64,000 nt of DNA from Podarcis erhardii (lineage: Eukaryota), in NCBI GenBank assembly GCA_964252035.1, contig OZ176200.1; one strand, written 5' to 3'. The notes beneath the pieces are model-generated. The model worked only from the letters and a program-made list of their open reading frames with translations. It searched no databases and was not told the DNA's origin. Numbering within the stretch: the stretch's first letter is position 1; each line of letters starts with the position of its first letter. This document shows, one piece after another, positions 1 to 11,884 of the stretch. A program made the position numbers and the translations under genes.

Positions 1-609
1 CTGGGTTTCCCCAGCCACTCTGGGTGACTTCCAACAGAATATTAAAATGCAATAGTCTATTAAACATTAAAAGCTTCCCTAAATACACAGCATCTGAACT
101 TAAGAGACACAGTGGATTTTAATCAGGTTATGTTTAGGCATGTTAGAATTGTGCTCTAAAGACAGCCATGCTTTCTATCTCCTAAAGTGATGCGTTAGTC
201 CAGGTAACCCAAAAGGTCACTGTCTTTGGTCCTTCCAGTCATCTACACTGCATTCATTATGGACACCACGGTGAAGTGCCAAATGCAATTGCCTTGCCAT
301 AGTCTTTGTTACTATGCTTTGAGGGAGTACAAGTAAAGCAAATGCAAGCATGTCACTGACTCAGAGGTGACATGAGCATTATGAGGATGTGATTATGTTT
401 CACAGCTTTCCCCAATCTGGTACCCCCAAAATGCTCTGGGCTACAGCTCCCACCTGCCAGAGACAGCACAGCCAATCATCAAGGGTGGTAAGAGCTGGAG
501 CCCAAAACGTCTGGAGGGCAGCGGGTTGGGTGGAATGCAAACCACAAGACAGTTTCCCTGTTCTGATCCATCCCAGTTAATTTCCACAAAGTATACGACC
601 AATACCTAC

Positions 610-3600
610 CCCACAGTTGGATTATCTAATTTGTCTAGGCTTGGCTTGTAGTGGACAACGGGACGGTAATTGGTTTTATATCCTGCTCCAGAGTGGATGC
701 TAGTCCGAGGACGAAACCCTGCTTGACCTGGCAAAGGAAAGGGAGGCAATGGCAGATTTGTATTGCCTATTTATATCTTCACTTACTTACTGCATTTATA
801 AAGCACCGTTTTCCCACTGCACACTCAATACAGTTTACAATATAAAGTAATAACTAATTGTCAATTCAGGTAGGTAGCCGTGTTGGTCTGACGCAGTCGG
901 GGGGAAATAAATTGTCCAGTAGCACCTTATAGACCAACTAAATTTGTTCTGGTATAAGCTTTTGTGTGCATGCACCAGAACAAACTTAGTTGGTCTATAA
1001 GGTGCTACTGGACCATTAAAAAAAAAACTTTTTAAAATCTAATTGTCATGACACAGAAGGAAAGATGGGGAAGGAAAAGCAAAACCAAGCAAATTTGAGT
1101 ATACTAACTCTTGCATGATTGGAGCAAGGTGTTACATAATGTTCAGGTGGGATGATCACTACAGCAGAGGAGTGGAGGAGCTACATGGCAGTTGACCCCA
1201 ACCGAATCAAGAGAGATGCTGTGGGGCCTCCCTTTGGAGCAGCTGCAAATAGCGACTGTTCCAGGAGGACAGGAGCCAAATGGTAGTTTGTCTCAGCTAG
1301 GCAGATAAAGGGGTCCTCACCTTTCCCCCTAATACACCTGGTATGATGGCTCCAGATGGAAGCTACTCTGGTAGGAAAAAAGGCAAAAGAGAATTGGTGC
1401 CAGCCAAGCTGACGGAGGGGGCCTCACTGTCATTTCTCTCTCTACAAAAGCCTCTGCAAGAATCAGTTCTGGAGGATGGAAGCTTCATGCTGGTTAGAAG
1501 GTGGGAGGGGGTGGGGTTTCTCCAAGAACATTCTTGTAATCTTTGGTGCTTTGGCCTGTGATAATATCTAAGCTTCAAGCTGGGGCTGGGGAACTGGTGG
1601 CTCTCCAGACATTGTTGGACTACAACTCCCATGGTCCCTGGATATTGGCCATGCAAACTGGAGCTGATAGGAGCCCAACAACATCTGGAGGGCACAGGTA
1701 CCTCAGCCCTGGCTGTGGTAAGGGGTTCTGACATGAAATGTGTCTAACTCGAGGCATCCCTGTTACATGTGTGCCCAGCGCATGCATATTTGCAGTATTG
1801 TCAGCACGATGCTGATTTAGTAGGAAGCAGCAGCAATAGTGGAACATGGATGGAACATGGATGGGCCTAACTCAAGTGATCCTGTTGTTTCAACAGGGAC
1901 ATGTTTCACTGTTTCCAACTGAGTTAAAATAGGAAATTACAGCACTGCAGACACTGCCTATAACAGAATGTAAGCAGCTTGGGAACCAGGCAGGGGCAAA
2001 GCACTTTGAGATAAAGAACACAACCTCTGCATAGATATGCCTGGGAGAAAAGTTATATCTCAGGTGAATTTCATTCCAAACAATTCTTGAGATACATGGG
2101 AGGTAGCAGCATAAGCAAACTGCCTAGAAAACTCCATTGAGCTCAGTGGCTCCCTGAGCAAACATGTTTAGAACTGAGTTCCAGTTACAGATAGGTAGCC
2201 GTGTTGGTCTGCCATAGTCAAAACAAAATAAAAGAAAATTTTTTTCCTTCCAGTAGCACCTTAAAGACCAACTAAGTTAGTTCTAGGTATGAGCTTTCGT
2301 GTGCATGCACACTTCTTCAGATACACACTGAAGTATCTGAAGAAGTGTGCATGCACACGAAAGCTCATACCTAGTTGTTTGTTCTGGGTACATTCAGATG
2401 CAACACTCTAAAGGGCTTCTTGCTTCACACAACCTTCCAATGCTTGCAGCAAACTTTTCATCCAAACATGGTTTGTGCTTGCTTGAAAAACCAGGATCAG
2501 ACAAGCCTTGGGTTTCGGTTCAGCACACATTGTAGTTTGCTACTTAATTTCTTTTTTTGAAATCATTTTTATTTGATTTTATGAATGCAAATTAATTACC
2601 ATGCCAAATACATATCCATAAAGAGATATTTCTCTGAATCTCGCAACTCCCCCCCCCCATGGGTCCTAATGTCAAAAATCCCAACTGCATATTATTTCAT
2701 AGTCTTATGTTTTATATCATGGGACGTGGGTGGCGCTGTGGGTAAAACCTCAGTGCCTAGGGCTTGCCGATCGCATGGTTGGCGGTTCGAATCCCCGCGG
2801 CGGGGTGAGCTCCCGTCTTTCGGTCCCAGCTCCTGCCCACCTACCAGTTCGAAAGCACCCCTAAGTGCAAGTAGATAAATAGGTACCGCTTTATAGCGGG
2901 AAGGTAAACGGCGTTTCCGTGTGCTGCACTGGTGCCGGCTCCCCAGAGCAGCTTCGTCACGCTGGCCACGTGACCCGGAAGTGTCTGCGGACAGCGCTGG
3001 CCCCCGGCCTCTTAAGTGAGATGGGCGCACAACCCTAGAGTCGGACACGACTGGCCCATACGGGCAGGGGTACCTTTACCTTTATGTTTTATATCTATCC
3101 ATATTGTCCATAATATTTGTTATATTACAAGTGGGGTTAAAACCCTGCCAATGTTTTCATCTGCTTACAGTGGTCTCCTAAATAAATTATTAACTTTTCA
3201 CATTCTTTCTTGGATTTCTTGTCTTCTTGGTCTCTGAGTTTCCCGGTCAGTTTTGCCATTTCAGCTGAGTCTCACAGCTTAGTTTGCCAGTCCTCTCTGG
3301 TAGGAACTCTTCCTTCTTTCCACCTCTGGGCTAGTAGCAACTGTGCTGCTGTTGTCGCATACATGAAAAGTCTTTTCTGTTCCTTTGGAATGTCGGTACC
3401 TATAATTCCTAATAAAAAGGCTTCTGGTTTTTTAACAAAAGTTTTCAATTTATTTTGCATGGGTTCCCAATAATCAAGAATCAAAAGTTACTAAATGTGG
3501 CACATGATGGAAGCTTGAATCTCATTATTGCAACAACAAACCAGGGATTAGAATTATGCCTGAACAGCCTACCATCCTTTTGGGTAGTAAACTAGCCACA

Positions 3601-3745
3601 GATAAGATAAATCCCTTCCCTTATCGAAGACGTCCTTACCATAAGCTGTGCCATAGCTGGTACAGTAGAATTTCATGGGGTCCATACACCCACCAGAGCT
3701 AGTTTTTACATAGGGAGAAACAATCCCCAGGGGAAGACGACCCAT
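610..3745 (-). CDS. SAXO4: SAXO4/PPP1R32 (ciliary microtubule inner protein), first two coding exons; gene runs off the left edge
   Basis: Coding exons 3745-3640 (MGRLPLGIVSPYVKTSSGGCMDPMKFYCTSYGTAY-G) and 727-610 (GQAGFRPRTSIHSGAGYKTNYRPVVHYKPSLDKLDNPTV-G), GT-AG boundaries, phases consistent (1 then 2). Matches the remembered human N-terminus MMGKLPLGVVSPYVKMSSGG...GYKSNFQPVV; synteny next to SDHAF2. Confidence 0.9.
864..1038. mobile_element. Penelope-like element remnant with internal inverted duplication
   Basis: GTAGCCGTGTTGGTCTG...GTAGCACCTT..AGACCAACTAA motif followed by its reverse complement; direct repeat CTAATTGTCA at 854-863 and 1039-1048 (putative TSD). Family assignment from remembered reptile Penelope pLTR consensus. 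Confidence 0.65.
2287..2324 (-). ncRNA. Minimal type I hammerhead ribozyme motif, sense to SAXO4 pre-mRNA
   Basis: Exact reverse complement of 2333-2370. Confidence 0.65.
2333..2370 (+). ncRNA. Minimal type I hammerhead ribozyme motif (Penelope-associated)
   Basis: GUAU-CUGAAGA-A-GUGUG/CAUG/CACAC-GAAA-GC-UC-AUAC: stem I GUAU/AUAC, core CUGANGA and GAAA, stem II 5 bp, minimal stem III. Confidence 0.65.
2721..3084 (+). mobile_element. Sauria SINE (tRNA-derived head), full length
   Basis: GGGACGTGGGTGGCGCTGTGGG head, B-box-like GGTTCGAATCCC, tail GGGGTACCTTTACCTTTA; TTATGTTTTATATC repeated at 2705-2718 and 3082-3095 (TSD). Confidence 0.85.
3096..3490 (-). mobile_element. L1/Tx1-clade LINE ORF2 C-terminal fragment
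   Basis: ORF 3272-3484: KKPEAFLLGI...LFMYATTAAQLLLAQRWK...PTREDWQTKL, resembling squamate L1 ORF2 ends; T-rich (minus-strand A-rich) tail continues at ~2545-2720 beyond the SINE. Confidence 0.6.
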
Positions 3746-5499
3746 CTTCTCTGAAGATACAGAGGTGGATTTACTGATGAAAGGTTTCCCTGGAGGAATA
3801 GAAATGGAAGATGATTGACCACTAATCATTCTGGATAGCAGGAATACTATTCAGCCTCTGGACAAATAAATCAGTCTGACTTGAAGCAACTGTTCATCTG
3901 CATTGTGTGCATGTCTCCTTAGAAACAGTGAGGTCACACACACAGCATTGTGATGTCACAGACTCAGGATTTTTAAAGGGGGCTAATGATACAAACCCGG
4001 CCATTCGTGGTCTTAATACATCAGGGTCAGGTCTTAAACACTCCTTATTGGTTGCAGGTGCACTGGGACTCAAGTGAAGCAATAGAACCAACTCCTTCCA
4101 CAAAAATGGAGATACAGTACCAGAATATACCATTTTACCTGAAGATTGTAAAAATATTCAACCTTGCTATTCTGTTCCAATTGGCAAGTAAGACACCCTC
4201 AGGGAAATCCCTGTTGAAATGGAGGGGAACCACACAAGAGTAGGGTGGCACTTTTCCTTTTTATAGAGGCTTTTAAAGAAAAGCTTCCAGAAGGATTTGA
4301 AACACTGAAGATCAGGAAAAATGTTCAGGGATCTCCCAGTACTGGGTGGGTGGGTGTGAATGTCCTTCCTTCTATGAATCAGGAACCAGTTCGTATGATA
4401 GTCCCCACCCCATGCTGTAGCACATGGATTCTGCACACTCCACACAAAGCACTAGCTAATCTGTACCCCTCCCACAATTTCTGCCTGTCCTTTTTCTAGA
4501 ACTCTTCTATTGCATCTTTCTTGCTGTTCTTCTGCTGTCAATATAGGAGTGCTTGTGGTGATTGTAGCACTGCACTATTATTGACATGTTTTCAATCTAT
4601 CCACCTCACATTTACAATAACCTCTGAGTGGGAAATTGTTATGCTCCATATTCATTTCCAAACCTCCATTTTGTGTTCACTGGTGAGCAGCTGTGACGAA
4701 CCACTTTTTCTTATTTTCCCTTCATAAATTCAACTGCTTTGTTCTGAAGTACCACAGAGAACTTTCCATTTTAATTTTCTCCACCCTCCCAACACACCTG
4801 AAGTGCTATACATGTCTTGACAAAATATATGGCACCTGTTAATAGGTCAGTTGAGAGACCACCTTACTCCTTATATACATAGCAGATTATTGTGTTCTGC
4901 AGGAGTCTCCCTCAAGTTCCAAAGATCTTAGAATCCCAGTTAACAGTAGCTCAGAGGAAGGCTTTCAGTGCTGCTGCCCCTGTTCTGTAGAACAGCATTT
5001 CTGTCAAGATATGGCAGAGGCCATTTTTTGCACATTCCAGAAACAATTGAAAATATGTTTGTTTTGCTGGAGAAATTTCTCACAGACAATTTAACCAAGC
5101 TTTCCCAGCTGGCTGAAGAGGCCTCTCTCTGCCTTAGTGTTATGTACTGAAGTTCTCACCCTGGGCCAGCAGGGGGATACTGTAGATAGTTTTCACTCAG
5201 GTCCACGTCAGTTATTTTAGGCGGGAAACCCTGGGTTGTTGTTGCTACAATGTTGACAGCCGGCTGCCTATAAAAGCAGGCCGGCTGAGCGGTTTGCTGT
5301 TCAATTCTGTCCAGCTTACAAATAAAGAGCTGCTCTGGAGAAATCGCTGTGTCGTCTGCTATGTTCGCCCACAACTTAACACTTAGATTTAAAAGCAATA
5401 TGAGTGAATACCTATCTCTAGGGGTTTTTTTTCATTGTTAGTTTTAAAAGCAATTTTTAGCTGTTTTTATTATATCCTGCATTGCAAGGGGTTAGACTC

Positions 5500-5544
5500 G
5501 AAGAAGAAGAAGAAGAAGAAGAAGAAGAAGAAGAAGAAGAAGAA
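5500..5544. repeat. (GAA)15 microsatellite
   Basis: Perfect GAA run, adjoining a reverse-oriented LINE 3' end (ATTTATATCCCGCCCTCCCC...). Confidence 0.95.
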
Positions 5545-6509
5545 ATTTTATTTATATCCCGCCCTCCCCAGCAGAAGCCGGGCTCAGGGCGGCTAACATC
5601 AATAAAACAGTACAAAAGTACACCACAAACAACACTCTAAAATCATTCATTATAAAATTAATGACCCTCGGGGTTCCTTCCAACTCTATGGAAATCCAAC
5701 ACACATTCACAGTACATTATTTCCCCCAAGGAATCCTGGGAACTGTAGTTCTTTATGGGTGAATTGCAGCTCCGTGAAATGGAAACTACAATTCCCAGGA
5801 TTCTTTAAGGGAAGCCATGTGTGTGGCATGTGCTTTAAATACATGGTGTGCATCTGCCCTAAATCATTTTGACACACGTAGGTGATTTGTAAGTAAGTAA
5901 ATAAATAACCTCCTGGCATGTGGTAAAGCATGGCTGCCACTTGGGTGGGGGAGGGAGGCTCCAACCATCTTCTGCATCTGGCAGCCATGACCAGCAGCTC
6001 CACTACTTGGCCAGTCCTGCAGCATCTCACCCATGTGGCGAGGCTCTCCTCTTTGGAGCAAGGCAGGGAGAAGGTAGAGACAACAACAAGAAAATGTTGC
6101 AGATGACTCCTCCTGCTTTGAGGTATAGCATACACACAGTTTTATTGTGCTTTTGCATGGGTCGTATGTTTTGTGTATTGTCTTCAAGGGGGGGATGGGA
6201 TAGAAAATTACTTATTGCCATTCACTGCCCCTTTTGTCAGGAACACTGACGCTAAGATTTTTACTTTCTTAGTAAGTTATGTGTCTAGGACACATGCCTT
6301 TTTACCATAAGAACTACTGCAAAATTATTAACAGTGGTTACAGACTATTCTGCCCATCTGTCTAGTCTGGCTGCTGGCTCCCTTGTTCCCTCCTGGGCAA
6401 GGGAAGCCAGGAAACAGGACAGGTGTGCAATAGACCCCTCCTGCCACCACTCCCGAGCCACTCATATTCAGAACCATCCTACCTCTGATCCTGAAGACAG
6501 GATGCAGCC

Positions 6510-6900
6510 ACCATGACTAGATGCCAATGACAGCCTTATCCTCCATGAATTTAATTCCCTTTTAAAAAACATTAAATCGAGCAGCTATCACTTTGTCTTT
6601 TGGTAGTGAATTCCATGGTTTAACCATACGCAGTATGAAAAATACTCCACTTTCAGAATTAAGAGTCCTCAAATGCTAGGACCATTCCTTGTAAAGCTTG
6701 TATTGGCTGCCCCTTTCCCGAGCCTTTTCCCGCTCTTCTGTATCCTTTTTTGGGCAAGGCAACCAGAACTGCACACTGTATTTTAAAGTGTGGACACACC
6801 ACATATTTGTATGAAGATGTTTCCTTTCGTAACAATGCAAACACTGAATTAATATTTTCACGCAGCTGTCTCAACATTTGCACTGAGCATTTCTCCTGGT
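6510..6900 (-). mobile_element. CR1 LINE reverse-transcriptase C-terminal fragment
   Basis: Minus frame HTLKYSVQFWLPCPKKDTEEREKARERG resembles the CR1 motif RPHLEYCVQFWSP.LKKD.E.LEKVQ.RA. Confidence 0.7.
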
Positions 6901-7569
6901 TGGTCGCCATTAGCTCAGACCCCATCAGCATATAGGATCTTTTTGCCCCACCGTGCATCACTTTACACATAGGTGGTCATGGTTGTGCTTGGAGTGTTGG
7001 ACTAGGACCTCGGAGACCAAGCTTGAAAACCCTGCTCAGCCATTAAGCTGACTGGAAGCCACAGCCTCAAAGTCTAACCTACCACACAGGGTTGCTGGCG
7101 ATAAAATGGGGAGGAATTGATCCATATACACTATCCTGAGCTCCTTAAGTGGAAATATGGGATATAAATGGAATAAATAAATGAACTGCATTTGCCATTT
7201 TAATGCCTATTCAGCCAGTTCCACTTGGAATCCCATTTCATTTCTATTGACCTGAATAATTTGATGGTCTCAGAAAATATCCATCATTGTAGGAAACATT
7301 GCTGTACACACCAGACATGTGCATACACATATCTGGGAACCCAGCAAGAGAAATGAAATGTATACATATGTCCTTACATAGGGTTGTGCACAGAGTGTAG
7401 GAGAAAGACCTAAATCAGGTATTAAACCACATGACCACATCCTAACAGATTCTCCAAAAACAGCAATTAGCCATTGCCCCTTATCTTGTTGTTTTTCTAA
7501 AAATTAATATTTCCAATCTTCCGAGCACAGAAAAGGGGGCGGGGGAAGGACTATTTAACTTAGGTACAG

Positions 7570-7720
7570 AAGCATAGTTCAGGGTCAGACCATGTTTTTT
7601 GTCCCAAAGATCTAAAGTTCAGTCTCTGGTAGCTCCAACCAAAAAGGTCTTAAGATTGCAGAGTTGGGGAAATCCTTGGCTAGTCACTTCCAGTCAAAGT
7701 ACTGAGCCAGTGCAGTGCAA
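7570..7720 (+). mobile_element. Degenerate Squam3-type tRNA-SINE
   Basis: CATAGTTCAGGGTCAGA...CCAGTCAAAGTACTGAGC, similar to copies at ~18140, ~20790 and ~31630; boundaries approximate. Confidence 0.45.
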
Positions 7721-7853
7721 GGGAGACCAAAGGACACTGTAGAGAAGTTTGTGAGACAACATGCTTCTTCCTCACACAAAGCTAAATCCACTGTGGACAG
7801 CAGCCTGCAGCCACCAACCCCATTTCACCTCATGAGGATGACATTGTCCTTAC

Positions 7854-7990
7854 CTGTCCCAACCAACGAGGCACTGCTTGCTGGCTGATGGTAGCAAGCA
7901 GAACTAGATGTCCAAAAGGAACGAACCATTCATTTATTTAAGGAACTGAAGTTGGGAACTTGACGGACGAATGCAGAAAGCTGAAGTCTA
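7854..7990 (-). other. SAXO4: Probable non-coding first exon of SAXO4 (5' end approximate)
   Basis: Strong minus-strand donor CAG|GTAAGG at 7854/7853 just downstream of tandem X-boxes; acceptor of next exon at 3789. Confidence 0.55.
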
Positions 7991-7997
7991 GCAGCAT

Positions 7998-8024
7998 GTA
8001 ACCTAGCAACCAGCACCTAGCAAC
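7998..8024. promoter_or_regulatory. Tandem RFX X-boxes at the SAXO4 promoter
   Basis: GTAACCTAGCAAC (7998-8010) followed by GCACCTAGCAAC (8013-8024); fits the RFX consensus GTHNYY-AT/TA-RGNAAC. Confidence 0.7.
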
Positions 8025-9576
8025 TAGCTCGACAACATTGCTCTCCTTCCAATGGCCTTATAGTTCAGAGGGTATTGGGAACGACTGCAGGGGCCCTAGG
8101 CACACATGCCCAATACGTACATGAAATGGTTCCGATTATTTGGATTCCTAAATATAGCCCTCGAGGAGTTGAGGTCTGTGTGTTTCCTGAGCCATTGTCC
8201 CATTGTATTCAAGTTGAGCTACTAGATAGGAGTTGGGGAGGTATGCAGCAGTTGAACAAGGTAGTCACCAGAATCAGTGCTGCCACCGCTCCCAGGTCCG
8301 TAAAACATAGAACAGTACCAAGTGGGCAGAAAGGAACATGTATAGGCTGTGTGCCTACTAAATGTCTGCAGTCACAGCTGTGCAGTGTAATTCAAGTGTA
8401 ACTTTAGATGTCCGGCACACAACTCTTGAGAATTTAAGCCTTCATTCCATTATCCCACCTCCCAATGTTCTGCATTTGTATCTGTGAAATAATATTGAAA
8501 TGTTAGTGTAAAGTCTTAGAAATATCAGTTGTGGGTTTCAGATAGCTCTGTTTTGGTGCTGTGTGATTTTGTTGCTTACCTAGGACTAAAATAAGTGTAT
8601 TTGTGTTATATTTTACTCATGTCGTTGAATGTGGCATTACTTGACACAGAATCTCTGCAATCTGAACTCTGACACGGAAGAGAAATCTCTGAGCATACAA
8701 AATTAAAGATATGTAAGTTACACATCACTTTTGATCAAGGATGCATGTGAATATTTAGTACTGAGCAAACATCATCATGCTTATAATGACACCATGTGGT
8801 AGTTTAAAGGTAATGCCATAAACTAGGTTGCTGCAAAGAAACATGTAACCTTAAGCATGACTTTTAAACTTCTGTGTGATAAGGGGTGGAGGGGAAACCA
8901 ACTCTAGGAGGGCCAAGCTGTATTTCAAATTGTCACACAGCTAGCAAGTTTTAGTAGGATTTTTGTAATTAAAAAAAGTACATGACATAAACCATGTTCT
9001 GTAGAAACCCCTGGGTGTCTGAAAGTGTTACTTATATGATTATTGAAGTATTTATGTATCCTAGAACAATTTCAAACACCTGTTTTGAAAATACCTGACT
9101 CCCAGTAATTGACCGAAAAGTGGAAAAGAGCCTAACAGGGTTAGACACAAGTAACACAGTACTGTTTTCTTCTTTTTGCACCATCAACTTCTAAAAATAG
9201 AATAGCGAAAGTTCATTCAGCTAGGAATGCTAGCAGTTGATTGGGTGAAAAAAGGAAATACAAGCAGACTGAATAAACAGCGTATGTTTATGACAAATTA
9301 TGACCAGAGACATAGGCTGATCTATTTGCGTTTTTATTTTTAAGTATTTCACATAGAATTTTCAAATGGAAGGGTGGTCCCCTTTGGAATAAGGAATTTG
9401 GAGTGAAGAACCTTGTTTTCTCAGCGAATGGCAGACATTTTTGTGTACTGGGAAACGATAATGTTCTTGTAAGTTAAATTCTACTTTCGACTTCTAATTT
9501 TTTGTTCTCATTTTGTCTATGTTGAGAACTGCCCTGTGATCTTTGAATGAAAGGCAGTATAAAAATGTAATAAACC

Positions 9577-9770
9577 AGAGTTGGAAGGGGCCCAAGGGTC
9601 ATCTAGTCCAACCCCCTGCAATGCAGGAATCTCAGCTAAAGCATCCATGACAGATGGCCATCCAATCTCTGTTTAAAAACCTCCAAGGAATGAGAGCCCA
9701 CCACCTTTCACGGGAGTCTGTTTCACTGCCAAACAGCGCTTACTGCCAGAAGGTTTTTTTGAATGTTTAG
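9577..9770 (-). mobile_element. CR1 LINE 3' end
   Basis: AGAGTTGGAAGGGGCCCAAGGGTCATCTAGTCCAACCCC is the reverse complement of the CR1 3' terminus. Confidence 0.75.
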
Positions 9771-11225
9771 TTGGAGATATTCATTGTTTAACAGTATCTT
9801 GTGTACTTCTATATAAAACTTTGCTTAGTATAGCAAGTGGGTGGGAATTATTCTACATCTGGGGGTGGAGGGAGACAGTGTGAGTATTCACTAACAGCCA
9901 AACTCATCAAATTACAACTACAAAGGACAGACAGTATCCATTTAATGCAGCAGCTGCCACTATATCAGACAGTAGCAAATGAGGGAAGAGAAGTGAAATG
10001 AATAGACACCGACTATAAAGGATAGGGTCAGCAGGGGAGAAAACAATAACCATGTGCTACTGGTTTTTACTGACAAGTGCCAGCTAAAACCTTGAGTCCC
10101 AAGTTGGATTAAGGTAGTTGGGGACCCTGGTGCAATTCCCAACATATGACTCTCTTCCCCCCCACAAAAAACACATGAAATAAGGTACCACAGTATAGGG
10201 GCTGCCGTCCACTCTGTGAAGGAATTAAGCCCCTCTATGCACACACTGTCACCGAGTAGCAGTAATTACATCTGCCTGTTGCCAATGATGGAAGAGAAGG
10301 AATGTAGGGCCACTCCACTGGGACAGCTGAGAGATCAGTAACTTTTGGCGCCTCCTCTCCTTGCATTTTCCCATCCCAGCTGGTCATTAAAGCAACTTGA
10401 AAACATGGATTTGAACCAGAGTTTGCCTATTTCCTCCTAGCTCCCTCCATTTCCTTTTGTGTCATATATTTTTAGATTGTAAGGCTGAGGGCACATGTAG
10501 TGATTTTAATGATTTGTAAGCTGCTCTGCGAGCCTTTTTTGGCTGAAGAGTGGGATTAAAAAAATCTTTAAATAAATAATAAACACACACACACTGCCAA
10601 GGACATACACGAGGGCAATATGCAAGGACCAAATCTTCCATATGCAGCTTGTTAATGTTGGCCTCATTGATTTACTGAAGCTGTACCAACAAACAGCACC
10701 AATATGTACAAGTTCTGGTGGAGCCTTCAACTGATGTCTCAAAATTCCTGCAAAAATATTTGTGGCTAAGAATAAGAATAAGACACAGGAGTTGTAGCAA
10801 TTGGACAAAGGCAGTAGCAAATGCAACCTATCAAGCAGAATGGAAGGAAAGTGATGGGCACATCCAACAGTGCATAGGCTGACACAGCTGAAAACTGGTA
10901 AGTACCGTATATCCAGGACAAGGCTGCACTTGTGGGGAGGCCTGAGGCAACCCCATTGCTGTCATGTGACTGCATGGAGTCAGATCACTGCACCAACTCC
11001 AGCAATTGGCTTAAGGAATATACTCTCAGCATCTAAGATGTCGTGTTATTACTTATATGGGGTTGCTATCCACTCATTATTGAAAATACACTTATAGTAT
11101 AAAGAGTACTATAGACTTCCACAAATCTATGATTCTCAATCATTTGTTCACCTTTTGGACAGAATCATACAATACAGAAATCTGCCCAGGAATCCTGGAA
11201 CTGAGCAGAATATAAAATACTACTA

Positions 11226-11475
11226 CAGTCGTACCTTGGAAGTCGAACAGATCCGTTCCGGAAGTCTATTCAACTTCTGAAACATTCGTCTTCCAAAGCG
11301 CAGCTTCTGATTGGCTTCAGAAAGCTCCTGCAGCCAATCGGAAGCTGCAGAAGCCCCATCAGACATTTGGCTTCCAAAAGAACATTCGAAAACCGGAACA
11401 CTCACTTTCAGTTTTTAATCGTTTGGGAGCCGAAACGTTTGACTCTCAAGGCATTTAGGAGCTGAGGTACAACTG
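11226..11475. mobile_element. Tc1/mariner (Tigger/pogo-like) MITE
   Basis: TIRs CAGTCGTACCT...AGGTACAACTG, TA at 11224-11225 on the left. Confidence 0.65.
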
Positions 11476-11884
11476 TGATTTGTTTTGTATAATTTAACAA
11501 TCATGTGCATTTCTCAAGGAACCAGAACACACGACAATGCCTTTTGTTTTTATCAATCACCCTACAGTCCTATAGCAGTGGTATTGCTGAAGTGCATTCT
11601 GAGTCAGAAAAGATACTGTCAACACTTCTATACCTGTCTTCTCAGAAGTAAGTTGCATTGAATTTAATGGGAGCTATAACCAAGTATCTAAGGGACCGCA
11701 TCCGGGGGGGCGGGGCGGCAATTAGTCTTCAAGAAAAAAAAGCATTGAAGCTTTATTACAGATAAGCAAAGCATGGAAAACAGTGACCATTCACAAGAGT
11801 AGAACTCAAGAGGCCTGAATACCACAGTGTGTGCTTCTAGTTTTCAAAGGATGTCCAGAATGGCCTTCTCCAGAAACCACAAGA

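Larger units (their letters stand above)
2184..2376. mobile_element. Penelope-like element remnant, inverted arrangement carrying two hammerhead motifs
   Basis: Same family as 864, 17130 and 49965 copies; 2287-2324 and 2333-2370 are exact reverse complements. Confidence 0.7.

Noticed and set aside
2750-2800. tRNA gene
   Set aside because: A/B-box-like motifs belong to SINE heads (also at ~44850); no cloverleaf with an acceptor stem.
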